Source of the DNA: Pelomyxa schiedti
Lineage: Eukaryota; Protista; Evosea
Direction of reading: 5' to 3'
DNA: 49,061 nt
NCBI GenBank assembly: GCA_020536535.1
Contig: JAHLWZ010000914.1
Coordinates: 1 to 49,061 of the forward strand
In this document: positions 39,301 through 49,061 of the stretch, in pieces
Layout of the letters: each line of letters starts with the position of its first letter
How positions within the stretch are numbered: position 1 is the first letter of the stretch
Position numbers and translations under genes: made by a program
Notes under the pieces: generated by a model
What the model was told of the DNA's origin: nothing
The model's input: the letters and a program-made list of their open reading frames with translations, nothing else
The model's database searches: none

Positions 39301-39712
39301 TAAGGCACTCATTGGGGCCAAACAACATATCACAATGGTCAACACTATACTCGCTGCTGTAATGGGAACCACCATCATCAACGAGCACGCACCGGCCAGC
39401 TGGGTTTTCCTAAGCCATGGTCAGTATCACTCTTTATTTATTCACTTCCTCTCTTCCATTACAGGCATTCGACAACATGTTTAATATTATAAAATATAAA
39501 ATGGAAATAGAGTGTTGTAAACAACAAATGGCACACCCATTTCCGCTGTTTTGCAAGATAGGAGCTCCGATTCCGCTCAAGTGAATGTCATTACTGTGTA
39601 CACGCGACATTGTGGGTGTTAGTGATGATATCACAGTGGGTGGAATAGCCGGCGAAGCGCTAACAAGCCCTGCCGCATCATGCACTTTGTTGCTAGTGAA
39701 AAAGTTCCTCAT
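36346..39712 (-). CDS. Receptor-type class III adenylate cyclase, paralog 4 (catalytic motifs intact), inverted relative to paralogs 1-3
   Basis: Same architecture and exon series: HLSGIGAP, TM1, ANANDGRVIAYT, TM2/HAMP, TVMFLDVVDF, IDK|YIGDAIM (37344-37364), RLNYTVLG|NTVNLASRLEPLNKELG. Confidence 0.87.
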
Positions 39713-40292
39713 TGAACACTCCCAACAAAATTGTGCTCAAAAAATGGCTCTGGTCTAATAGTACAGAGGAAGAAGGTACGAGGGAAATTAAAACCCGCTG
39801 GCGGCGCAGAAAATAGCCAACGCAAAATTCCCGTAGTACCCTATGCAATTGGGTTGTTTGTTATTGTTTGTTATTTGTGGTTGTTAGTAGTGTGTGTATC
39901 TACCTGTGTTGTTCCAATGGACGAAGTACCTCGCCGTACTGGGGATGTGTTTTTTCGCTTTTTGTGGAAGTTACTTGAAGGACTTTGTTCCCAACGGCAG
40001 GAGCTAGCTGATCTTCCTCACAGTCCCAATACGGCAACTCTACGGCCGGTTAGGAGAAGACGACTTGCAAGATGTTATGATCATCAGCAGGATGGTGAGG
40101 AATCGGTGGGGACTTTTTTTTGTTGTTTTCGTCTCCTGGGGGTCTCAGTCATCCAAAAGGTGCACCCGCATCACATTTGGGAATGTGAGAGTTGTTGCTT
40201 TTATTAATAGTGGGACGGACTACTGTGCAGGTTTTTGTTGGTGTGTTTTGTTGATGGGTGCTTGTTACTTGTTGTGGTGGTGTTTATTTTTA

Positions 40293-42871
40293 TTAGGGAT
40301 TATTTGGAGGTGGTGTTGTTGGTGTTGTGGATATAGTGGGAGGTGCGTGGGATTGGGCTAGTGCCACTTGGTACTGGTGCGTGAGAATGGCGTTGGTCTT
40401 GCTGAAGATGGTGGTGAACATACTCCCTGTACAGGGGAACCGGAGGATGCCACAGAGTTCATTTATCTGTGCGCGGGTTGGAATTGGGTGATGGTTAGTG
40501 CCGCGGCGGTTGTATTTGGTTTCATACTAGGTGCGTGACACTGTCGTATGTTACGTCGCGATGGCTGAGCTTTCCTCCATAGATAGACACTCTACAAGCC
40601 ATTTAACATCAATACAGGAGGGAGAAAAGAAACCTGAAGTGTTGAACGGTAGTGTCTTCCTTCTTATATGAGAATGTGAGGCAGCCGGGTTGTTGACTGA
40701 TTCACCAAATCAGAAGAAAACAAGGTAAAGAGAAGTTAACCTTATTCTAACAAGAAAATGTCCGTGTCCGTCTAAAGGGCACAGCTTTGATATTGCATCA
40801 TCGGTGGATATATACCCATGGAAATAAGGTTGTTGACACAGTTGATTTACCTTAAAGAATTAGGCGAAAGGAGGTTATTAATTTTTCTCCAAATACTCTT
40901 TGTAAAAGCCTTCCATCATTCCCAGGTCCGAAAACGGACAACATTCTTCCCCAACTTTCCAAGGATACGTTGCCATGCTCGTTAGCTAGTGTAGAGTTAG
41001 ATAAGATCTTGGACAAGTTGGCGTACTCAATAAAATTCTCAAGCATTCTAGGGTCGGTGCTGTCATGCCGGAATGTGATCTCGTGAATTTTAGGAATACT
41101 TTTGTGAAGTCATCCCATGGAATGTTATCCTGACAGATTAAGCCAGTAACTGTGAACAAAAGTACCAAACCTTCCCTTTCAATAGCCTACGCGAGTGTGA
41201 ATAAATTATAAAGACAGACGAATGAGTAATACTCACAGTAGCCAAAATGTTTTCCCCCAGGGATCTGAAACCACGCAATCAACACATACATCTTCCAATC
41301 TATGGCACGATAAGAAACAGTTTTTTGAAAGCGGCTTAAACTTTAGGAGTACAGTTTCAGCATCCGGTCTAGTCCCTGGATCCTGAATAGTGTTATGGAG
41401 GGTAATTTCGTAGGCAACACATACAGCATCCCAGCAAAGTTTCATCAGGGATGCAAGACTTTGTGGGCAAATGTTGTCTGTTGCAGGTCGCTCTCCCGCA
41501 ATCACTCTTTCTCCCAGAGAAGCGGTGCCTGAGGTATTGGTGTTATTATGGAAGATGTTCTTCCATGTTACCTTGGCTGGTATGATTTTCTGTGGTGTAA
41601 GGTTTTTTCTTGGTGAAAATTGCCCACCTAAGTACGTGTTTACACACTCTTCTCCAAGTGCTATATGGGAACTTACAAGCAAATTCCAAAGGAGTAAATA
41701 TCTGCCTTGATATTTACGATATATAGGAAACCTACAGTTATTCATTTGATTGCAAAGATAATTTACCAACCTTGGGTGTGAATTGGCCCCCAAGAAGAAC
41801 TTCCGGTGCTATACCCCAGTGAGTAAAAATGAAAGTGAAAGGTGGCAAACCAATGTACTCTTTTTCAAAATATATGTACTCATTGCCAATATGTTTAAAT
41901 GTGGAAGCTCCAAATCCTGGAAGGGGTCAGAAATGAAACAAGACGAATGTCTAGAATACCGCCTAGTTTTACCATGTTGTGTTCATCCACAAGCATGCTG
42001 CTTGGGGTGAGGTTCCTGGTTTGGTGTAAACACAAATGAGTTGATTCGAGGGAAGCTAGATAAAAAGCACCTGTGTAGGACAGCTGGATTTGAGTTGTGG
42101 AGCCAGACCAAACCTCGCACGGCATCAGAAGCCATCCTCATCCGCTGAAGCAATGATAGCTCTTCTCTGAAGTACTCCATTAGGTGCACTCCATAGTGTC
42201 CACAAGGTAAATTACTTATGCAATAACGATTCCAGGTCGTGCTTGTGCAAGTATTCCATGACAATTGCCATGTTTGGACCACTGATGCACGCTCCCAGAT
42301 ATTGGCAAATGTGCTTATGTGCAACCTTGCTGAGTATTTTTATTTCGTTCTCAAAAGCGAGTTCAACAGCGCCGTCATCTTCAGTCTCTGCGGTGCCGTT
42401 GTTCATTAGAAACCGCAAAGAGTGGAAAGTAGGCATACGAACCAGGGCGGTTAACGAGCTTTATAACGACCTGTTGGTTCCGGCACAAGCCAACCCAAAC
42501 GCTTGTGTGCCCGCCAGTGTGAATCTCACGGTGCAACTTTTTTGTGTGAGGTTACGTGGGAAAAAAAAAAAGTGCCCAGCGGCAGAGAATGGGAATTACC
42601 ACTAAATCGTCAGCGGCGATATTAGGAGGCCCAGATGATATTGCCGCGATATCGCCGTTAGACACAATGGAGCAAGATGAGGAATCTATTGTGGTGTGTG
42701 GTCAAGAATCGGCAACGGCGGGATCTGGGCGACGATTCGCGAGCAAACGGTAGTGATAGGGAAAACGACAAAGAAACAAAACAAACACCCACTTCCACAC
42801 GACGATGACGACGAAGACGATGAAAGAGATCCACTCGCCGACACCGACTTGGCAGATCTCGGTCCGCTCAT
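40293..42871 (-). CDS. SHK-type TKL kinase - SH2 protein with a degenerate (pseudokinase) catalytic domain
   Basis: GPPNIAADDL, CRNQQVVIK, FENEIKILSKVAHKHICQYLGAC, RGLVWLHNSNPAVLHRNLTPSSML, VKLGGFG, YIAPEVLL, ADIYSFG, ERP...CPQSLASLMKLCWD. SHK-like linker DCVVSDPWGKTFW...LECLRILL...WGRMLSVFGP. SH2 FHGYIS...HFLVRIS. Confidence 0.85.
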
Positions 42872-43044
42872 TTCCGTTTTTCTGGTGAAATGATTTTCCG
42901 TTCTCACATTTTGATTACGGTAATCCACAGTACTCAAGTGGACCTCTCGACTCTGACAGGGACCTTACTTACTTATACTAATCCCATGTTCCAACAGCCG
43001 ACTGTCAAGCCCATCTCGAAAAAAAAAACCTGGTTGTTTCAATA

Positions 43045-43614
43045 ATGACTGCAGTTGTGGACACTGCTGTTGTGGCCGAATCTGCGACCAGTAGTAGTAG
43101 TACTAGTGGCAGTAGCAGTGGTGTCAGTTGTACTACAACTTCGACTGCAAGTAGTGGTGGTGCCGGTAGTAGTAGTAGTACGACGTCTGGCGGGGGCGAG
43201 CCTGTTGTTGCGGCGACCACTGCGTCGTCGTTTTTGATGAACGACCCTTTTGTGGACGCCGTTTTCATGGACGCGATCGAGCACTACCAGCCGTGCGGCG
43301 TGAATGCCTACCTGCACGCCTTGTCGATCCAGAACTACATCAGGGAGAGGACCAAGGGCCGCTACCCTGCCGTTCCCACAAGGATGATCCTCCAGCGCTT
43401 CGCGGCCCTGTTCTGCCGCGGCTCCGGAGGCGGCGAGAACTCCACCGAGACCCCCGCCGCGGCCGAGGAGGGCATGGACCTGGCCTCGCCGTCCTTTGGA
43501 GGGGGTGATGATGCCGGCGGGGGTGGGGGCGACAAGAAGACAGGGAAGAAGAAAAAGAAGAAGAAGTACTTTGACATGCCACCACCAGAAAAAAGAAAAG
43601 CGAAAAAGCACTGA
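43045..43614 (+). CDS. EAF7 / MRG-binding protein-like NuA4/TIP60 subunit
   Basis: VDAVFMDAIEHYQPCGVNAYLHALSI...VPTRMILQRFAALF aligns with the MRGBP/Eaf7 core (VEVCLFHAM..HKPVGVNRHFHMICI...VPSKVIWDHL..MY). It has a C-terminal FDMP motif and a basic NLS-like stretch. Confidence 0.7.
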   Translation: MTAVVDTAVVAESATSSSSTSGSSSGVSCTTTSTASSGGAGSSSSTTSGGGEPVVAATTASSFLMNDPFVDAVFMDAIEHYQPCGVNAYLHALSIQNYIRERTKGRYPAVPTRMILQRFAALFCRGSGGGENSTETPAAAEEGMDLASPSFGGGDDAGGGGGDKKTGKKKKKKKYFDMPPPEKRKAKKH

Positions 43615-43928
43615 GAAGCCACCCCATCCCCTTTGCCACACATGTTTCTATCCAGTTACTTATGACTGTACTATGTTTCCAAAGTAGTTATGAGTGGTGC
43701 ACCTGCAGGGAAAAGACTCCTACCAAACCACCTCCTAAATTTGCACAAAGACTGGTGATCACATTGGGCTTTGAGGTATTGAATAAGCCAATTTACTGGA
43801 AATCACTTTCTTCGTCGAAGTACGAAAAACCAAAAAACACAAAAACAAACAAAATCGTTATCGGGCCCCCGCTTCCCCTCAATCAACACCCACCCATCCC
43901 ACAATCCCTGCCGACGAGTTATCTCCGA

Positions 43929-44038
43929 ATGACAACGACCCCTTCCACGTCCACGTCGCCCGCCACCGACTCGCCCTCTCCCTCGTCTCCCCCAACCACG
44001 CCCACGGCGCCCCCCACGGCCACGAGCAGCAGCACCAC

Positions 44039-44073
<35 letters not shown>

Positions 44074-47000
44074 GGGCCGCGCACAACGAGACGTCGGGCC
44101 ACCGCCTGATGATGCCCACCCTGAGCTCCGCCACCGTCCTCACCTCCGCCGACGCCCTGCGCCGCGAGCGCTCGTCGGGACACAGGCGAGGCCGCGCGGG
44201 CGCGCCCGAGGGCGGGGCGCCGCCTCCGCCTCCTCCGACGATGCAGCGCGCGGACGCACACGCGGACGGCGATTATGGGAGCGCAGCCGTAGATGGCAGC
44301 GGAGGCGGTGACGTCAACAGGAGCGTCTCGTTGCCTAGTATGGCAGGTAATGCAACTACAATTTTGGGGGCGTCACCTTCTTGTTCTACTATTAGCAGCA
44401 CAGCAACAACAACGACAACTGCAACTACTAGTACTAGCATTGGTACCAGTAGGAGCCAGAGTTCTGGGGGATTGGCTGGCTTGTGTGAATCGCCGCCTAT
44501 TGGTGATTCCGCTATGATTCCATCGTGCCATGGCGTGGGGCTTGGGAGCACTGTTCACGTTCTGCTGCTGGTTCCAAATAAGGCCAAGGACACTCACTCT
44601 CCAACGGACTCTTGGTGCTGCCGCGTGAGGCCGCCTACGGAAACGAGGAGGATGCTGCATTCTCGATCACCTAGCACTCTGAACCCTGCTTTGCTGCGCA
44701 GGGTTTCGTCCTCTCCAAGTCGGTCTGTGTCAAAGGACCCGGCGGAACCCAGGAATCCCCCAGGAAGCTCGAGTGCGAGGCTGGTCCCGCAGCAATTTGG
44801 CAGCTTCACTGCCAGCCTTTCTTCCAGTGCTGCGAAACTTTCAGGTGCGGGAGCAGATCTTTCTTCAGGTGCTTTGAAGTTGATTGGGGCTGGTAGCCAC
44901 ACTCCGGCTCCTGTGCCGGAGACACGCGTTGCTGAGAAAGAGATACCCGGCATTTTTACCATCCAGAAGAGTGACGATGTCACAATTTTGCGCAGTGGGG
45001 TGGGGGATTGGAGGGATGGAGAGCAAGTTGTAAGACTTTCTGTTAACAAAACTTGGCGGACGTGTCTAGGATTTTATAAGGTATTTTGTTATAGCGTGCA
45101 ATGGAACTCTAAAAATTGAATAGAGAGGCCCCTCAATATTATTTGGTAGCTCCGTTGAACCTGATTCAGGAGAAGCTGATATCATTCTTCACCAGCAATC
45201 ACACCCAGGAGAAGAATGTGTGGTTTCACTCAGATCAGCCATGTTTGTGGATACATGGGTTTCCTTCCGGGTGGATACAGATGGTGCTATACGAACGACC
45301 ACCACTCCGGCTGAAGCTGCTCTATTCTGTACTGAAAACTTTTTCTCCTCTATCACTCACTTTGTCAAGATGTGGAACCCAGTAAAACAGGGAAAAGAGA
45401 GACAAAAGCTGCTGCCGATAGCTTGAACCAAGTGTCGGCGTGGCTTGTACCATGTACGTGTATGAGCTAATTCTACTTTTCTAAAACATTACTACAGCTC
45501 TTCTTAAGACTCATATAAACCCCACACAAAGTGTGATCTTAAAGACCTTGCGTGCCATTGCACCCAAATGGAATCATCCTTTGTCACTCTACTTGCAGAA
45601 TGTTCCTCACTTTCTTTCAACGGACGAAAAAATGCAGTATGAACGCTACTGCACATTAACTTGCTCATTCTTTCAAGGGAAGAATGTTTGTGGATCTACT
45701 GCTTAGAGTTCCTCGAGCTTCAGCCAGGGCTTTCATTTTTGCAGGTTAATTTAGGCTGTGGGCAGACAGCCCATCTCGCTTGTGATATCCTTGCTGCAAA
45801 TGACGCACAGCCATCCTTTTATACTGGTTGGGATACAAGTTCTATGTTGGAGCCTTTGTTGCAGTATGATTGTCGGTGTCGTATCTTTCAATTTAACCCC
45901 GATCAAAGATATGTGCACAGGCACAGGCACGCCAGGGCAGGACACATCGCAGTTTCTGTCCAAAACACCTACACATTTTCCAACAAGTACAAAGCCAAGT
46001 ACGATAGGGTTCTGTTGTGTGGGAGGGTGAGCCAAGGAAGATTTCATCAGATGACAACCCTGCTGAGGCCAAGAGGTCTTATGATGGTATGTCAAAATTC
46101 GCAAGGAGTGATCATTAAGCAACTATAGGCATGCTTTGATACACTGGCTGGACCCAATTTATTTTTGGTCAGGAAGAGTTTAGAAGGGGAAATTTCCCGA
46201 GACGTGATACCCGTCCCTGGTACCCTATAGAATACAAATGGACCCTAATTTCCTTCAGATTTCATACGCCTTTCCGCAGTTCTTGTGTTCCCTGAACCTT
46301 CCCTGGTCTTTGAAATTAACGACCGAGTACGCTTCTACCAATTGCACACCTAATTCCAAAAACCCTTAGATATCACACTTCCATGGAGATTTAACTGATG
46401 AAGAAGGTTTATAGCCTCATTTTGGTAATAACTTAATGTCATTTAGAGTTAAAACAATGGCTTTGCTACTTTGGAGATGCCTATGGGATGGATTTGAGCA
46501 CCTATTCCACAAAACTCATTCAGGAGGGATTCACACTGCCTTTAATTAAAGAAGGTACAACTGCTTGAGCCATTTCCCCCACTCATACTCCTATCAGGAG
46601 GCCTTAGCTTAGATGACCTTTTGCGTATTAACATTCCACAAAGCGATATCAGTGGATTAGCTTGTGCATTGACGAAGTATTCAGAATTTATTGCCCGGAA
46701 AGCGGAATCTGCACTCAACGAGATAAAAAGTAACACCATTTCGACCGTCTCACCTCAATTAAATAAACGAAAAGAGAAGGCTGTTAATATTGAGGTTTCA
46801 ATTAAAAAGTTCAACCTGGACATTGTCAGAGTGGACGCAGTTCAGTCGGAATTTGAAGTACACCTGCAGTTCGTCATAACCTACCATGATGATGCATGTT
46901 GGCGAGCTTTCATGGTATATAGCTACCACCTATTGAGACCCTCATCTTACTCCTGTTTCCAGACGAAAAAACCCACAGATGAGGACCGGAAATTAATTGC

Positions 47001-48346
47001 CTTGACTGATCTTAGTGTTTTACCTAATTTCTCCTTTCCCAATTCCAGAGGAACAGTTGAAACACTTGGGCAGGTCTTATCTACTCTTTAGCTTCACGTA
47101 ATTGACATGAATTTAGAACGCTTGGATTTACCCGAAAACTGGTACAATTGAGGTGTCAACCCTTTTTTCTGGAATTTTCTTTGAGATTATGGAACTGCAA
47201 CGATTTCCTTTTGACCGACAGGTACTTTACTATTCGTAAGATCTTTAACCAATCGCTGGATAGTTACTCCATATTTATCTTATGCACGACAAAGATAATC
47301 AACACAATGTCACCCTCAAATGGAAGGAAACACAGTACCACACCCTATCAATTTCAATGAAATTCACCTCTTCTTAGAAATACAGACATGAAGCTGGTTA
47401 CAAATGACCGAGAATGGAAAGAGGCCCACCCATCAATTGCTTTCCCCACTGGCACAGAGACAAAACTGGTGAGTAACTCTATGCAGTATTTGCATTCGAA
47501 AAACTTAATGAACATCAGGCACTTCTTGGAAGAGTGGAAAGTATGCCCTTTTTTCCTTTTCATTTTACAACCCCGTTTTAATTTTTCTTTTCTAGGGTTA
47601 TCTACGTACTTCATGTGGAACGTTGTATTTGTGGTAATTCCCCCTGTCAGAATCCAAACCCAAAAAAATCGAAACTCCCGAACCACCAAATAAACTCCCA
47701 ACAAGATGCTCCTCATTGTGTCTATGAGCTTTATTGCCTGGTGTCTTGACCCAACAGAAGGAGGAGACCGGCTAGGAATCAACCTCACACTGTTGCTCAC
47801 AGCAGTCGCCTACAAGGTAAACACCCTTCCTTTGCAAAACTCTGACCTTGTTTACAGTATGTCATTGGAGCGTACCTTCCAAAGACCGCGTACCTAACAA
47901 TCCTGGATTACTACATCCTCTCGGCATTCGTTCTCCTGATTATAATCATTGTTGAGAACGGAATTGCAGCTGCTGTATCCGAGCCAACAAACGCCGAATT
48001 AGACAAGTGGTCAGAGATAATCCTTATTCCTGTATGTACTAAACTCCCTCTTCATTCTATCCAGAAACCACAAAACAAAACAAAACAAAACAAAACAAAA
48101 CAAAACAAAACAAAACAAAACAAAACAAAACAAAACAAAAACCGGCTATAATTCCCTTAACTACACCTAATTCCAATGTAATAGGTATGGATGCTGCTCA
48201 ACATTGTAATTGTTGCCGGATCAATATTTGGCTTCTTCAATCAGAGCTGGGAGGCTGTTGATGCCAGCCAGGATGAAACAGCACCCCCTGAACAAAGGGC
48301 TGCAGAACTAGCTGAAGAAATGGAACTTAAAGAACATGATGATTAG
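43929..48346 (+). CDS. Multidomain Cys-less pentameric ligand-gated ion channel: low-complexity N-terminus, PCMT/PCMTD-like methyltransferase domain, SAM-like domain, pLGIC ligand-binding domain, four TM helices
   Basis: A continuous GT-AG splice path can be traced by eye. MTase: VILKTLRAI..CLEFLELQPGLSFLQVNLGCG..YDRVLL..LLRPRGLMM. SAM-like: EEELKQWL...LSTYSTKLIQEGFTL..LSLDDLLRINI. pLGIC: IVRVDAVQSEFEVH, LPNFSFPN, MELQRFPFDRQ, RLSTYFMWNV, GDRLGINLTLLLTAVAY, LPKTAYLTILD, DKWS..VWMLLN. Confidence 0.8.
48071..48140 (+). repeat. (CAAAA)14 microsatellite in the last intron of the pLGIC gene
   Basis: Perfect pentanucleotide tandem array seen directly. Confidence 0.95.
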
Positions 48347-48510
48347 CACCCACAACATCAGCATCAATAAACAAACTAATCACAACCAAGCAAACATAAC
48401 CCCTGGACACAGCTACAAATAACAAGTAACAATAACTCAATAAAAACCCATCAAAAAGTGCTTTTGTGTTATCTAGTTTTGGGTACTTGTATTCTTTTGT
48501 GGGCAGATCC

Positions 48511-49061
48511 TCATGAGGATTTTGTGGCGTAGAGGCACAGGTAAGCAATATGCCATTCAGCTGAATGTGTGTTAGCAGTGCCGGTTTTGTTATTGTGGTA
48601 TTTTTACCTCCTCCTTTGCCATCAAGTTTGGCTATATCACTGGGGTCTGCAACTCGAACTTTGTCGTCATCAAACAGAAGCCATGAGTCTGTGTGGATAT
48701 TAACTGCGGAGAATTTGCAAATGAAACGCACCATCGTCTTGTTTCACCCACGCAACATAATGTCCTCCATCAGAGTATATTCCTTTGTGTGTAACCACGG
48801 CTTTGAGAGTGTACTGCCCAGTGTCATTCTCTGCCGGAGTTTTAGTTCCAAAGTTGATACATTTGAATGGAGTTGTACCTGCGTTTTCTGGGTTGACAGG
48901 TAGTGCCGCAACCGGGGGCGCGGTTGTTGCAGGAGAGGAAGTATCCATGGGAGTTGGGGATTCGGTGGAGGATGTGGTTGTTGTACTTGTGGTTGTTGCG
49001 GAAGTAGCTGGAGTAGATGTAGAGGGAGTCACATCTAAAGATGCTTCAAGAAGAGCTCTGC
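48511..49061 (-). CDS. USP14: Proteasome-associated deubiquitinase USP14/Ubp6, 3' exons (partial)
   Basis: NDTGQYTLKAVVTHKGIYSDGGHYVAWVKQDD|DSWLLFDDDKV...DIAKLDGKGG|AEWHIAYLCLYATKSS*: His box and the USP14-type C-terminus. Confidence 0.9.

Noticed and set aside
39731-40361. ORFs 39731-40207(+) and 40065-40361(+)
   Set aside because: They have no motifs and lie in the GT-rich antisense of the SHK 3' end and the cyclase 4 promoter region.
40955-40975. GTATCCTT on the minus strand as a U12-type donor
   Set aside because: It falls within coding sequence of the SHK gene (GNVSLESW), and no AT-AC or U12 intron was needed in any gene model.
44930-45330. Possible beta-trefoil (fascin/AbfB-like) domain upstream of the methyltransferase domain (VSLRSAMFVDTWV)
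   Set aside because: The similarity is too weak to call by eye and local splice choices are ambiguous; it needs HHpred or structure prediction.
48071-48140. CAAAA array as a CRISPR or telomeric repeat
   Set aside because: There are no spacers or cas genes, and it lies inside a spliceosomal intron; a simple microsatellite.

Overview
This is a gene-dense, intron-rich eukaryotic (protist) window with many 40-70 nt GT-AG introns and several micro-exons, so the ORF track only gives fragments; the gene models below were spliced by eye. The gene content (SHK-type kinase-SH2, receptor adenylate cyclase expansion, an intronless 'xRxQFxA...RC...SP' family, centriolar PIBF1) suggests a flagellate amoebozoan such as a Pelomyxa-like archamoeba, which is inference only. 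In order, the window contains: TBCA (5' exon), two intronless orphan-family genes around a secreted bacterial-type CAP protein, PIBF1/CEP90, three tandem TM-Cache-TM-HAMP class III cyclases, SAP-UNG, U2 snRNA, NUDCD2, F-box/Kelch, ATG27/M6PR-like, ABCA, a short VAMP, PPAT, a fourth inverted cyclase, an SH2-pseudokinase, EAF7/MRGBP, a multidomain Cys-less pentameric ligand-gated channel and the USP14 3' end. The most notable candidate is the pLGIC, which is fused downstream of a PCMT-like methyltransferase domain and a SAM-like domain and has no visible signal peptide. Next are the cyclase array, in which two of four paralogs have lost a metal-binding Asp, the SHK pseudokinase, and an R-SNARE with Asn at the zero layer. 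No database searches were run; family assignments come from recalled motifs.
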